DNA of 64,000 nucleotides from a virus. Every line of letters begins with the position of its first letter. The first letter of the stretch is position 1. The DNA lies in IMG/VR virus record IMGVR_UViG_3300043449_001497, positions 1 through 64,000 of that record, one strand, 5' to 3'. Of this stretch, positions 1-11,116 are shown piece after piece. The notes under the pieces were generated by a model that did not search any database, was not told the DNA's origin, and saw only the letters and a program-made list of their open reading frames with translations. The translations under genes and the position numbers were made by a program.

Positions 1-2
1 TC

Positions 3-1148
3 GGCAGCCAGGCGATCAACGTGGCGCAGGCCGAGGGCCGCCCTGTCATCACCGTTGGCGAGGAGGCAGTCGCTGAGCAGAAGGCTAAGGCCGACGCCGC
101 TCAGGGCAAGGCCGTGTACAACAAGTTGCTGGATCGGTTCGAGGCCGTGAACGCGCAAGTTGTGGAGCCGGAAGCCAAGGCCGAGACCAAGCCTGCCCCA
201 TCTGCGCTGCCGAAGGCTGGGGCCAAGACGCAGATCACTGCGCCGCCCGAGACCGAGCCCGAGATTGGGGCTCGCGGGGCTGCCGCGGTCGTCGTGCCTC
301 GGAAGGTGCCGAAGACGGAGCTCGACCTGGAAGAGGAGAAGCCCGGATTCAAGAAGGCCGTCGACGCTCGACGCGCGGAGCTGGCCGCGATGGTCGCAAA
401 GGGTGCAGAGGGTACCGAGGGCCCGTTCGTCCGGAAGCCCGTCGAGAAGGGCGAGTTCATGCCCGGCCAGACGACCGAGCCGCTCCCCGGTCTCGCGGCT
501 CCGTCGCGCCTTCCCGCAATGCTCTCCGTCCTGGACTCCGCCGACCTCAAGGAAGGTCGGTCGGGGATGACGGACGAAGAGATTGCCAAGCTCAAGGCGC
601 TCCGCGAGCGCTATGAGAAGGTGAAGGGTCTCGTGTCGCCTGTGGACCAGAAGGCTCCGATGGCACGGCCCGACCAGGTCGATGCCGCACGGTCTGCCAA
701 GCTCAAGGCGCAGCGTCTCGCGCTGGGCGAAATGGAGTCCGAGGCCAACGACATCCTCGAGAGTGCGAAGCAGCGCGGGGTCAGGGCTGCCGGGACAATC
801 AAGACGCCTACACCGGAGCCCGCACGTACCTCGGGGTCGACTAGTGTGCAGGCGCTGCGCGGGCAAGCGGCAGCTGACGCCAGCCGCCGGGTCACGCCTG
901 GCGGGTCGGGCATGGTGCAGACCCCGTACGAGGAAGCCATCAGCGCGGCGGAGTCTCGCCAGTACCCGCGGAAGCCCCTGTTCGACAAGGCGCCGACTCC
1001 AGAGCAGGCTCAGGCGCAAGCAGGTGGCACGCTTGCGAGCAACCGGGAGGCGCGGTTCGCTCCGCCCCCGAAGCCCAACCCGTTCAGCTTCTTCAAGCGG
1101 AAGCCCGGCGTGCGGCCCGTGTCCCCCGAACTCGACAACATGGAGTAG
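3..1148 (+). CDS. Ala/Pro/Glu-rich hypothetical protein, 5'-truncated; putative internal virion/ejection protein
   Basis: Frame open from the window start; coupled to the next ORF; lies upstream of the giant protein. Confidence 0.6.
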   Translation, partial: GSQAINVAQAEGRPVITVGEEAVAEQKAKADAAQGKAVYNKLLDRFEAVNAQVVEPEAKAETKPAPSALPKAGAKTQITAPPETEPEIGARGAAAVVVPRKVPKTELDLEEEKPGFKKAVDARRAELAAMVAKGAEGTEGPFVRKPVEKGEFMPGQTTEPLPGLAAPSRLPAMLSVLDSADLKEGRSGMTDEEIAKLKALRERYEKVKGLVSPVDQKAPMARPDQVDAARSAKLKAQRLALGEMESEANDILESAKQRGVRAAGTIKTPTPEPARTSGSTSVQALRGQAAADASRRVTPGGSGMVQTPYEEAISAAESRQYPRKPLFDKAPTPEQAQAQAGGTLASNREARFAPPPKPNPFSFFKRKPGVRPVSPELDNME

Positions 1149-1151
1149 CTC

Positions 1152-2099
1152 ATGGCTGGATTCAACCGCGCGATGCTGGGGGCACCCCAGGCAGCAGATA
1201 CCGTCTCCCGAGCCGCTGAGCCGAAGCCCGCTCCGAAGAAGGCCACGGCACCTCCTGCGGGTGGCGGCTCGGCTCCGCGTACCCCGGCCCCTCGTACTCC
1301 GGCTACGGGCAGCGTTGCGCCGCCTCGCCCCGGATCGACGAAGAAGCCCTCGTACGCCGAGCCTCCGCAGTCATTCCCTGAGGATGACGAGTTCGGTACC
1401 TCGGAGCAAGAGCCCTACTCGCCGGAGATGTCGACGTTGCTGGGCGAGCGCGAGTCCCGGTCACCCCTGAGCGACGCACAGCTTGCCGCAACCCAGGAAC
1501 GCATCGCCCGCGTCAAGGAACTGCGGTCCACGATGACACCCGCGGGTGTGCCCACGTGGATGCCCTACGGGTTCAAGCAGGACCAGTCCATGAGCTACGC
1601 CGAGCAGGCGAAGGCGCAGGGGTTCACGCAGGACAAGTCGGGTCGGTGGACCAAGGCGCCTGATCGCATGGAACGGACACTCGGAGCTGTGTTGCCTGGG
1701 AGTTCTCTGGCACGGCAGCCTCGAGTGGGCAGCGTGCCTGGCGCTTACGGCGGAACCACGGACACGGGAGCGGGAGTCACCTACCCGACATCGGCGGAGC
1801 TCGCGAACCCGACCGGGTTCAGAGACGCGGCGGTTCGTTACGCCGCCGCCTACAAGGCGGCCCAGCAGGCGACCGCGGGCGCACTCAGCAACCAGGACGA
1901 ACTGGTGAAGCAGTACATGGGCGGTCGCACCATGAACCCCGCAGACCCGGACTACGACGCGCGTGAAGTGGCGGACGCCCGAAAGCGCGCGGAACGTCGA
2001 CAGGCACTCGAGACCGCGCAGCGCGGCCGAGAGCTGCAAGGCATAAAGGACACGCTTCGGCAGTACGGGTACACCGACGAGGACATCGACAAGCTCTAG
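1152..2099 (+). CDS. Hypothetical protein (putative internal virion protein)
   Basis: 315-aa ORF, GGAG RBS, operon context. Confidence 0.65.
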   Translation: MAGFNRAMLGAPQAADTVSRAAEPKPAPKKATAPPAGGGSAPRTPAPRTPATGSVAPPRPGSTKKPSYAEPPQSFPEDDEFGTSEQEPYSPEMSTLLGERESRSPLSDAQLAATQERIARVKELRSTMTPAGVPTWMPYGFKQDQSMSYAEQAKAQGFTQDKSGRWTKAPDRMERTLGAVLPGSSLARQPRVGSVPGAYGGTTDTGAGVTYPTSAELANPTGFRDAAVRYAAAYKAAQQATAGALSNQDELVKQYMGGRTMNPADPDYDAREVADARKRAERRQALETAQRGRELQGIKDTLRQYGYTDEDIDKL

Positions 2100-2149
2100 C
2101 AGCCAGCCAGGACTGAGCCCCAGGTGACGCAGGTCATCGGGGCCGAGTC

Positions 2150-5100
2150 ATGTCTGTACCACCGCGGCCGCGACGAGTTATACTCGTGCGACCCGAGGGC
2201 GCGATGGATCCGAAGACCTACGAACAGGTGAAGGCAATCAACGAGAGCCTCAAGATCCAGCAGGAAGCTGAGGCCAAGGCTCTCGAAGCTGCCCGCAAGC
2301 CTGCTCCCCGTGCCGAGGCGCGTCCGTCTGCTCCCCGCGCCCAGGCTCCGGCAAAGCCCGCTGCCCCGAAGGTTGTGGCTCCTGTCCAGGTAGGCGCTCC
2401 AGTCAAGCAGACTAAGGCCAGTGCTGCTTCCGTCGTAACCCCTCCTGTGACGGATGCAACCCGAAAGTCCAAGGTTGATGACGATCTTCGCCAGGATCTG
2501 AAGCTCGAGGACCTCTACCGGAACGTTGGGATGTTGCCGCCCACCCTCGAGGCCAAGGAGCGTGTCAACGCTTCCATCCGCGCGCTCTCCGCGAAGACGG
2601 GACTTGAGCCCCAGCGCTACAAGGAACTCGCGGCCATCCAGGGGGTCGACCTCAACGACCTTGACCAGAAGGCGCGCGAGGGCATGCCTTTCGAGAACTA
2701 CCGCAAGGCGAAGGAAGGAGCCATCGGCTTTGTGCCCGCGGACAAGCGCGTGGCGATGTTCGAGGACCTCGCGAAGGACTACGAGACCGCGGAGCAGGGC
2801 AAGATTCGCACGGACAAGCGCATCGACCTTGCCGCCGCGAAGGAAGCGCGCGGCACTGTCCCTGGGCTCACCACGGGGTACGTCGTCGGCGGTACTACGT
2901 CCGAGGAGACCCCTGAGGTCGCGAAGAGCGGCGAGCACTACTACGCAGTTGCCGAGGCGTACCTCAAGGCGGTCGACAAGGACCCCGAGGTCGTGAGGTT
3001 GGTCAACCTCTACGGCAACTCCCTCGCCAGCGGGGCGACCCAGAAGTACATCAACGACCGAGCCCAGCAGCTCCTCAAGAACAAGGGCATCACGCCCTCG
3101 TCCCCGGATGCGGAGCGTCTCGCGTCGCTCGCCCGGCGCCAGGCCCTGTACGAGGTTCTCGCGCGCAAGACCGTGGGTCAGTGGACGCCCGGCATCTTCG
3201 TGAAGGATGTCCAGGTCACGGACGACGCCGCCGCGCCGGGCCTCTTCGCGGCGATGGCCCCAAACATCGAGCTCATCGGGTTCAACAGCAAGGGCGATGC
3301 GGTCTTCCGCCAGGAGAGCGCTGCGGGCATGGGCCTGCGTCTGCTCGACGTCGTGGGTGTCGTGCCGATCCCCGGCAAGAAGCTGCCCGTGCCCATCCCC
3401 GGCCAGTCCCTTCTCGCGGGCATGCTCACCAAGGGTGAGAACGAGACCTACTACGAGGCCGCGTCGCGCGGCGCGCAGACGGGCGCCAACTGGCTCGAGG
3501 TCGCGCTGGACGCCACGGAGGGGCAGAGCCTCCCGATGCGAGGAGCGGCAGGGCTCGTGGGCCTCGCAGGCTCGATGGTGCACCCCGACGTGACCGCGGC
3601 TGCGGGCGCTCTCGGGAAGGCGGGCAAGGCGTATCGTGTCGCTCGCATCAACAAGGCCATCGCCCGTGAAGCGGAGCCCATCCTCAAGGAACTCGTCACC
3701 GCGTACCAGGCGCGCAACTTCGACAAGGCGGCGGAGCTCGAGAAGAAGCTGGCGACGAGCCCGACGCTCGGACCCCGCGGTGCCAAGGGGCACGGTGTCG
3801 TCAAGGCGTACAACCGCGGCGACATCGCGTTCGCCCAGGCGCTGGCCTCGATCAACCCCGCGCTCAAGCACCTCGACCCTTTCCTGGTCGACAACCTGGT
3901 GGCTATGGTGGGCCGTCGGGGTGACGACGCGTTGACCGAGTTTGTCTACGAGGCTGCGGGCAAGGGTTCTCCGCACATGCACTTCGGCGCGGCAGCGCCC
4001 GAGATCGCAGAGCGCACCAAGGAGGGTGTGGGTACCTCGTTCGAGACCTACCTCAACTCGGGTAACTTCGACCGTCGCATCGAGCGCATCAAGATGGCGC
4101 GCGATGCCTACGCGAAGACCATCCCCAAGACGGCGGACGAAGCGCTTGCGAAGACGTTCAACGACGCCGTTGAGCGCGTCAAGGGCCGCCTGGTCGACGC
4201 TCGCCTCGCGCAGATCCCCGAAAGCGAGCTGCAAAAGGAGATCCGCCTCCTCCAGCTGATGGAAGAGCATCGTGCTGCGCTCATGGCCGACCCGAAGAGC
4301 TGGATGGACAAGGACGGGCTGTTCCACACTGCGCTCCGCAACGACCCCATCACCGGGGGTGACGCCAACTCGACGTGGCGCCAGCGGACGTACCTCATGG
4401 ACGTCGACAACACGGCTCGGCGCGTCAACGACCTGAAGAGCCGCGACTTCGAGGCGCTCAAGGCTCGTGACCTCCAGATGTTCGACGACGCGCTCGAGGC
4501 GGTCGAGACGAACATCCAGAGTCGCATGATGTCGGCCGAGTCGCTGCGACGCAACCTGGCAGACAAGGCCGAGCTCCGCATCACGCCCATCGACATCCTC
4601 GACAAGGAGATGGCGCCTGGGACGGAACGCCTCTCGCCTTACGCGCAGGCGTCGTTCCTCGTGACGGCGCGTCAGTTCTCGCAGCAAGAGATGGACCGCA
4701 AGTCTCTCTTGCAGGCGTACCAGATGCTGGACAAGGCGTTCGAGGGTGTTGCCTCGCGGCACGACATGTCCCTGGAAGACGTCTGGCGCGACTTCTTCGT
4801 CAAGGTTGAGCAGGGCAAGGTCGAGATGCCGGGCGCGGGTGCGGCCAAGGCTGCGGGTAAGCCCCCGCCGAAGCCCCCGGCCAAGCTGCCCGCTGCACCG
4901 TCGGATGTGCCGAAGCTGGCCAACGTGCCCAACACGCCGGAGGTCAAGGCTGCCGTCGAGAAGGCCGCGAAGAAGGGTGGACGGGCGCGGGCTCCCGCGG
5001 CGATGCATCCTCGCACGGCGGATGTCGTCGCTGGGATTCCCGACGAGTTCAAGACGGACAAGCTGACCCCCGAGGCTGCCTCGAAGGTCATGAGCTTCTT

Positions 5101-8100
5101 CAGCAAGCTCGGGCTCGACGCCAAGTTCCCCGAGAAGCTTGGTGGTGTCGACCAGGAGGCGTTTGACGCGGTCCGTGCCTACCTCATGGCGACGGGAGAG
5201 CTAGAGCTCAAGGGCAAGAAGCTGGTCAAGGTCTTCGAGGAAGTCCCGGCCGCTCCGACCACGCTCGCGGGCCAGGCGGCCAAGGTCGCGCCCGAGGCCC
5301 CGCGAGTCACGATGCAGGGCCTCCAGGACGAACTTGACGACATCAGTGACGACCTCGCCCAGGTCGAGGCCGACCTCGCGACGGCCAGGGAAGACGGAGA
5401 TGACGCGGCTCTAGCGGAGTTGGCGCGCGCCGAGGAGAACCTGCTCGACCGCCGTGACGAGCTCGCGGCGCAGCTCGAGCAGGCGAAGGCAGCTCCGGCC
5501 GAGGCACCCGTGCCCGCGACTGCCCCTACCCTGCCCGACACGGAGATCCAGCAGGCGGTGACCGAGGCCAAGGCCGTCGAGGCCGTGGCGGCCAAGGTGG
5601 ACGAAGTCGCCCAGGAGGTCGCGCCCGCCGAAGCAGTTGTCGAAGCTCCGGCTCCGGCGGCTGTCGAGGCTCCGGTGAAGGCTGCCAAGCCGCCGCGAGG
5701 CAAGAAGGCAAAGGCTGCCGCTGTTCCGGCCACCGCAACCCCCGTCGAGACCGCGACGGTCGACGAGCTCCAGGCTGCCATCAACAACGTCGACGAGAGC
5801 CTGGACGAGGTAGCCGAGACCATCCAGCGCGCCGAGGACGACGCCAACGAGGCCCAGGTGACGTGGCTCCGCGGGGTGGTGGAGAAGAACCTGCGCGAGA
5901 GGAAGGCGGGACTTGAGGCACGCCTCACACGGCTCCAAGCGGCGGCCCCGCGCGATCTACGCGAGCTGCCTCCAGAGGTCCAGGCAAAGGTCGAGGACCT
6001 GGCTGGCGGTGTCTATCAGAACGTCGTCCAAGCTCTGAAGCAGCCGGATGCAGTCCGAAAGTCCCCCCAGGCGTACGCAGACTCGTACAAGGACGTTCTC
6101 GCTGAGATGTGGGACAGTCCGTACGACTTCGAGCGAGCATGGCCCGCCATGCGCGACCGCGTCGAGCTTTCGGCCGCCAACGCCCTGGACGCGGTTGAAG
6201 TCCCCGCGACGATGGAGAACCTGGGCAACCGCGCACTCTGGAAGAACGTCAAGGCCAAGGGCCGCATCGGCGCGTCGACTGGGATGCTCGAGGCTCGGGT
6301 AGGGACCGTAGAGTTCCGCATTTCGACTGTCCCCGCCGCGAAGGAAGGCAATCCGCCCGTCTTCCAAGTCATGGCGCGCGTCGGAGATGAGTTCGAGAAT
6401 CTCGGACCGAAGGCGGGCTACGCCACGCTCGAGGATGCGCTGCGCGCACTGACCCCCGCGGGCGGCAAGCCTGCCCCGCTCCGCTCGAAGATTGACTCCG
6501 TTATCAGCAGCGGCGTTCGTAAGGCGAGTATCCCGAAGAAGGGAGCTAAGCAAGCCAAGGTCGTCGAAGAAGTTGCGGAGGAAGCGCTTGACGAGGCCGT
6601 GCCAGAGCAGGTCGCGCGTCTCGAGGAAGCTGCTCCTGGCGCAGAGGAAGCGCCCGCGGTTGTGCCTGCACCGACGATGACAGGCGAGCAGTATCGTGCC
6701 AAGGCCGTGGAAGAGCTGGGCAAGATCACGCACTCTGTCGTGAAGGCCGACGGCACCAAGGTCTACGGTGTGGTCGAGGGCGACAACTTCGTGCCCAAGT
6801 ACACGCTCTCGACGTCCGAGATGCGCGACCCCACGGACGCTCTCTACTTCAAGGCGTCTCGCGGCAGCACGGCGATTGACGAGCCCGTTGCTCTGGCCAA
6901 GTCCGGCGCGCGTCCTGAGTCGCTCCAGGCGACGGTCAAGAAGATTGAGAAGCTCCCGGAAAACGCGCTCTACCAGCGTGGAGAGGTCCTCGTCGAAGCC
7001 GACAAGCTTGTGGGTCGCTTGGTCGAGGTAGAGAAGGGGAAGATCGAGTTCCTGACTCCTGAGCAGATCAAGGACCTCAAGAACCAGAACGACCCGACGG
7101 CCATCGTCACGCTCTTCCGCGGCGTGGCTGACCCCACGACGCTGCTCCACGAGGGCGCGCACTACATCCGTCGCATGGGCCTGGCTGCCGAGGACATGGA
7201 CGCCGTCACGAAGTGGATCCGTTCGCAGGGTGTCGACGTCACGCACAAGTTCGGTAACTTCGACGGTACGGCCGAAGCGGTCGAGCAGGCGGAGGAGCTG
7301 TTTGCCAGGGCATTCGAGCAGTACCTGCTCAAGGGCGAGGCCCCGGAACCCCAGCTCACCTCTCTCTTCCAGAAGGTGAAGGAGGTCTTCGAGAAGGTCT
7401 ACCGCACCATCTCGACCAGCCCGCTGGGCAAGGACATCGACCCTGATGTGAAGGCCGTCTTCGACCGCCTGTTCAAGTCCGTGCCGCAGAAGAAGCCGGA
7501 GTCGACCTTCGACCTCCTCATGCGCCACACCTTCAACAACAAGGGCATGGAGCAAGAGGGCAGCCTCACGGCGCTTGCTCGCGAGGCGAAGCGCCGTGGC
7601 ATTCCAGGTGCCACGGTGGAAGACCTCACCAAGCTCATGGTGGACGCGGGCAACAAGTACGGAGAGGGCTTCCTCGAGCAGAACGTCATCGAGTTCCCCG
7701 TCCCCGTGCTCGGCAAGGAGAAGTGGACAGGAGCCGACGTTCTCGAGCTCGACCGTCGCATCCAGATGCGCCGTAACGACTTGGAGCTGGCTCCTCTGAA
7801 GCAGGCGCTCTTCGGAGAGCCGGAAGAGGAGAAGGCGACCGAGGCAATCTTCGCGGCGCTTGAGAAGCCCAAGGGTGTGGAAGAGGGGGCGTTCTCGGCA
7901 ACGAGCCGCACGCTGGCGCGTGGGCTCACGCACACGGTCATCGGTGGTGATCTTACGGCTGAGCGCGTGATGCGGAACCTGCCTCCGGAGGTGCGCCGCA
8001 GCATCAACACCGCCTCGAACGTCATCGAGAACGGCATCGGTGACGCCATCACCGTGCTCAGCCAGGCGATCCGTGACGGCGACATGGACTTCATGTACCG

Positions 8101-11100
8101 CTACCTCTCGGGCGAGACGGGGATGGCCTACAAGACGGGCCGCCGTGTCATCTCCTCGGGTCATGAGTTCATCGGCGGGTTCCTCGACCTGTACAAGAAC
8201 GCGGGCCTCTCGCTCACAGGGGAGCAGCGAGCGCTGCTTCAGAAGTTCGCTCAGGCGGTCAACACCCGCCCGAACATCAACAATCTGAGGCTGCCCCAGA
8301 CCCGCTCCGAGGCCCTCGCAAGCCTCGTCTTCCCGGACCTGGATGCGATCCGCGAAGCGCAGGCCGCGGAAGACCTGGGGAAGGCGCCGATCCGTGCGGC
8401 GATGCAACAGGAAGCCAAGTCTATGGCCGAGGCACTCGAAAAGTTCCGCGAGCTGAAGGGCAGCGATGACCAGGGCGTTGGCAGCATGCTCGCCAAGGCC
8501 ATGCGTGGTGCGACGGAAGAGGGATCTGAGATCAGCATCAACGAGTTCCGGTTCACGGAGACCCTGCTCTACTTGGCGGGCATCACCCAGCGCGACGGGA
8601 AGTTCTTCGTCGAGGTGGGAGAGGACTACTCCAAGGCCGGACTCAAGAACGCCGCCGAGATCCTGCTTCGGGAGGCCCAGGACATCTACGGCACCGCGGA
8701 AGACCAGCTCTTCGCTCGGCGCGTCGCCATCCTGGTGGGCGCCTACGGTTCCGCGTCTCGCGCCAAGGCTGAGCTCGCGGAGCTGGGCCTGGTGCTCACG
8801 GCGGAAGAGAGGACTGCGTACAATAACTGGGCGCTAGGCTACGGGGTCACTCCTGAGATGCGGCCCCGCATCGAGCAAGTGATGCGGAAGCTCGGTGCGA
8901 ACACCACGTTCGAGCCCGACACCATCCTCGGAGCCGACGTCTACATTCCGAAGCAGGCCCGCGAGCGCATTGCGGACGCACTCAAGAAGGCTCAGTTCAG
9001 CGAGCAGAAGCTCACGAAGATGGGCGACATCTACCAGTCCATCTTCGCCTTCATGAAGAAGCGCATGACCCGCGGCAACTTCCTACTGCGCCAGCGCTAC
9101 TTCATGGTCAACACCATCGACCACTTCTTCCAGATGTCCCTCGTCGTCGGGTACGCGCCCGCGTTCCAGTCGATGTCGCGCATCGCTCTCCAGAACGCGC
9201 TTACGTCTCCGTTCACGGGGCAAGCTCTCGAGATGGGCGTGCGCGCGGTCAATCGTCTCGTTCCAGGCGCAAAGATCCCGCCCGACGTTGTGGAGAAGAT
9301 CCGCGACTTCTTCAGCCGGGGCGGCGACAAGACGGCCGGGTTCCTTCGCGAGATGATGGGAGGCTCGAAGTACCGCGTCGAGGTCAACCATGTCCTGGAG
9401 GGTCGCAACACCCCCATCGTGATCGGCGGACGAGTCACCACGGGCAAGCGGCTCCGCGAGATCTTCGTCGCAGAAGGCATCCTCGAGAGCTACAACACCC
9501 GACGCCTCGGCGCGGTTCTCCGCAAGGAAGGTACGGCGTTCATCAGCGACGGTGACGGCATCATCGAGGCGGGCATCAATGACCGCTCGCTGGGCGGCAA
9601 CGTGACCACTGCCTGGGCGCGGGTGAAGGACGCTGCAATCGACCTCTCGACCGACGTGGTCGACGACATCGGAGACGCCTGGGCCGAGCGCGAGCGCGTG
9701 GGCGCTGCCGTGACCCTCATCGAGAACGGCTACGAGCCGCGCGTGGCGTGCCGCCTCACCATCGACGCCCTCTACGACTACGCCCAGTCGATGACGAAGA
9801 TGGACCGCAACTGGTTCGTCGGCCTGCTGTTCCCCTTCTGGGCCTTCCAGAAGAACGCGAACCAGCAGTTCATCAACGTCATCGCGACCCCCTACGGCGC
9901 GTACCGGATGATGGTCATGAAGCGGTTCCGGGACCGTAGCTCTGAGCTTCTCACGGAGCTCTACTACGACGAGGTCGGCGGCGAGTTGGGCCTCGACGTG
10001 AACTCGATGCCCCAGGACATGCAGGACATGTACTACGCGGTCATGACCAAGGCGCACGAGGTGTACGGGGACGAGATCCCCGAAAACGCCAAGATGGCGC
10101 TCCGCATGGGGCTAACGGGCCGCGCTTCCGAGGTGCTCGACGGCAAGTACTACGAGCTCGATGCTGACCTGATCCGCATGCTGCGGTCGGGTGGTATCGG
10201 CGGTGTCGGCGGTGCAGGCATGAGCGACTACCTGATGCCGACCCCCAGCAAGTCCATCTTGCCTTCGTACATGCGCGAGCGACCCGGTGTGTTCCTGGCA
10301 CCCCGCCGTGACGCCGCGGTTCGTCTCTACTCGGGTCTTCGCGCGAAGAACGACGAGATGTTCTACCTCATGCTGCCCCCGGCGAGCTTCGAGGATGCGT
10401 TCAAGCACACGGCGACGGTCATGTCGACGGCGCTCCTCATGGGGGCCAACCTGACTGCGATGACCCCGGCGGGCCCGCTCCTGGGTCTCGAGGCGCGCGG
10501 TCTCGAGGGCACCAAGATCGCGGCAGCCATCCGGCCTGTTCTCGACCTGGAGCGCTCCCCCATCGCCGGGCCTGTCATCGGCATGTACGCGGAGCGAGGC
10601 TACCCCCAGAAGCTCCACCCGCTCGTGGCGTCGTTCATCATGAACACCACCGATGCTCCCATCTTGCGCGTTCCCGCGGTCAACGACCCGTTTGAAGGTG
10701 ACAACTTCATGCTCGAGATGCAGAAGCTCACCGAGGAAGGGAAGGAGGCTGACATCGCGCAGATCCTTGGCGCCGACTATGTCCGCACGGTACAGGAGCT
10801 CAACAGCAAGGAGCTGGATCCCAACGAGATCTCGACGGTCCGCGACGAGCACTTCTACCTGCCGCCGGGTGGATACTCCATCGCCTTCGAGAACGCGCCG
10901 CTGCTCGGAGAGCTCAACAAGGAGCTCCTGCTCAAGTACGGAAAGACCGCACAGGAGAAGGCCGCTTCCTCGGATACGGCGAGCCTGGGCAACCTGCTCT
11001 ACATTCTCCGCAACGCCACCGGACTCGAGGTTGCATCGGTCTCTGCTTCTCGGACGGCTCAACAGGAAGAGCCTGTCTTCTACACCAAGTCTCGCAAGCC

Positions 11101-11107
11101 CTTCTAG
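2150..11107 (+). CDS. Giant 2985-aa putative ejection/polyvalent protein with a zincin-like metallopeptidase motif
   Basis: Strong codon bias; PTTLLHEGAH (HExxH at 7148-7162) with downstream EELFARAFE; coiled-coil and Ala/Pro linkers. Confidence 0.75.
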   Translation: MSVPPRPRRVILVRPEGAMDPKTYEQVKAINESLKIQQEAEAKALEAARKPAPRAEARPSAPRAQAPAKPAAPKVVAPVQVGAPVKQTKASAASVVTPPVTDATRKSKVDDDLRQDLKLEDLYRNVGMLPPTLEAKERVNASIRALSAKTGLEPQRYKELAAIQGVDLNDLDQKAREGMPFENYRKAKEGAIGFVPADKRVAMFEDLAKDYETAEQGKIRTDKRIDLAAAKEARGTVPGLTTGYVVGGTTSEETPEVAKSGEHYYAVAEAYLKAVDKDPEVVRLVNLYGNSLASGATQKYINDRAQQLLKNKGITPSSPDAERLASLARRQALYEVLARKTVGQWTPGIFVKDVQVTDDAAAPGLFAAMAPNIELIGFNSKGDAVFRQESAAGMGLRLLDVVGVVPIPGKKLPVPIPGQSLLAGMLTKGENETYYEAASRGAQTGANWLEVALDATEGQSLPMRGAAGLVGLAGSMVHPDVTAAAGALGKAGKAYRVARINKAIAREAEPILKELVTAYQARNFDKAAELEKKLATSPTLGPRGAKGHGVVKAYNRGDIAFAQALASINPALKHLDPFLVDNLVAMVGRRGDDALTEFVYEAAGKGSPHMHFGAAAPEIAERTKEGVGTSFETYLNSGNFDRRIERIKMARDAYAKTIPKTADEALAKTFNDAVERVKGRLVDARLAQIPESELQKEIRLLQLMEEHRAALMADPKSWMDKDGLFHTALRNDPITGGDANSTWRQRTYLMDVDNTARRVNDLKSRDFEALKARDLQMFDDALEAVETNIQSRMMSAESLRRNLADKAELRITPIDILDKEMAPGTERLSPYAQASFLVTARQFSQQEMDRKSLLQAYQMLDKAFEGVASRHDMSLEDVWRDFFVKVEQGKVEMPGAGAAKAAGKPPPKPPAKLPAAPSDVPKLANVPNTPEVKAAVEKAAKKGGRARAPAAMHPRTADVVAGIPDEFKTDKLTPEAASKVMSFFSKLGLDAKFPEKLGGVDQEAFDAVRAYLMATGELELKGKKLVKVFEEVPAAPTTLAGQAAKVAPEAPRVTMQGLQDELDDISDDLAQVEADLATAREDGDDAALAELARAEENLLDRRDELAAQLEQAKAAPAEAPVPATAPTLPDTEIQQAVTEAKAVEAVAAKVDEVAQEVAPAEAVVEAPAPAAVEAPVKAAKPPRGKKAKAAAVPATATPVETATVDELQAAINNVDESLDEVAETIQRAEDDANEAQVTWLRGVVEKNLRERKAGLEARLTRLQAAAPRDLRELPPEVQAKVEDLAGGVYQNVVQALKQPDAVRKSPQAYADSYKDVLAEMWDSPYDFERAWPAMRDRVELSAANALDAVEVPATMENLGNRALWKNVKAKGRIGASTGMLEARVGTVEFRISTVPAAKEGNPPVFQVMARVGDEFENLGPKAGYATLEDALRALTPAGGKPAPLRSKIDSVISSGVRKASIPKKGAKQAKVVEEVAEEALDEAVPEQVARLEEAAPGAEEAPAVVPAPTMTGEQYRAKAVEELGKITHSVVKADGTKVYGVVEGDNFVPKYTLSTSEMRDPTDALYFKASRGSTAIDEPVALAKSGARPESLQATVKKIEKLPENALYQRGEVLVEADKLVGRLVEVEKGKIEFLTPEQIKDLKNQNDPTAIVTLFRGVADPTTLLHEGAHYIRRMGLAAEDMDAVTKWIRSQGVDVTHKFGNFDGTAEAVEQAEELFARAFEQYLLKGEAPEPQLTSLFQKVKEVFEKVYRTISTSPLGKDIDPDVKAVFDRLFKSVPQKKPESTFDLLMRHTFNNKGMEQEGSLTALAREAKRRGIPGATVEDLTKLMVDAGNKYGEGFLEQNVIEFPVPVLGKEKWTGADVLELDRRIQMRRNDLELAPLKQALFGEPEEEKATEAIFAALEKPKGVEEGAFSATSRTLARGLTHTVIGGDLTAERVMRNLPPEVRRSINTASNVIENGIGDAITVLSQAIRDGDMDFMYRYLSGETGMAYKTGRRVISSGHEFIGGFLDLYKNAGLSLTGEQRALLQKFAQAVNTRPNINNLRLPQTRSEALASLVFPDLDAIREAQAAEDLGKAPIRAAMQQEAKSMAEALEKFRELKGSDDQGVGSMLAKAMRGATEEGSEISINEFRFTETLLYLAGITQRDGKFFVEVGEDYSKAGLKNAAEILLREAQDIYGTAEDQLFARRVAILVGAYGSASRAKAELAELGLVLTAEERTAYNNWALGYGVTPEMRPRIEQVMRKLGANTTFEPDTILGADVYIPKQARERIADALKKAQFSEQKLTKMGDIYQSIFAFMKKRMTRGNFLLRQRYFMVNTIDHFFQMSLVVGYAPAFQSMSRIALQNALTSPFTGQALEMGVRAVNRLVPGAKIPPDVVEKIRDFFSRGGDKTAGFLREMMGGSKYRVEVNHVLEGRNTPIVIGGRVTTGKRLREIFVAEGILESYNTRRLGAVLRKEGTAFISDGDGIIEAGINDRSLGGNVTTAWARVKDAAIDLSTDVVDDIGDAWAERERVGAAVTLIENGYEPRVACRLTIDALYDYAQSMTKMDRNWFVGLLFPFWAFQKNANQQFINVIATPYGAYRMMVMKRFRDRSSELLTELYYDEVGGELGLDVNSMPQDMQDMYYAVMTKAHEVYGDEIPENAKMALRMGLTGRASEVLDGKYYELDADLIRMLRSGGIGGVGGAGMSDYLMPTPSKSILPSYMRERPGVFLAPRRDAAVRLYSGLRAKNDEMFYLMLPPASFEDAFKHTATVMSTALLMGANLTAMTPAGPLLGLEARGLEGTKIAAAIRPVLDLERSPIAGPVIGMYAERGYPQKLHPLVASFIMNTTDAPILRVPAVNDPFEGDNFMLEMQKLTEEGKEADIAQILGADYVRTVQELNSKELDPNEISTVRDEHFYLPPGGYSIAFENAPLLGELNKELLLKYGKTAQEKAASSDTASLGNLLYILRNATGLEVASVSASRTAQQEEPVFYTKSRKPF

Positions 11108-11116
11108 GAGGTCATC

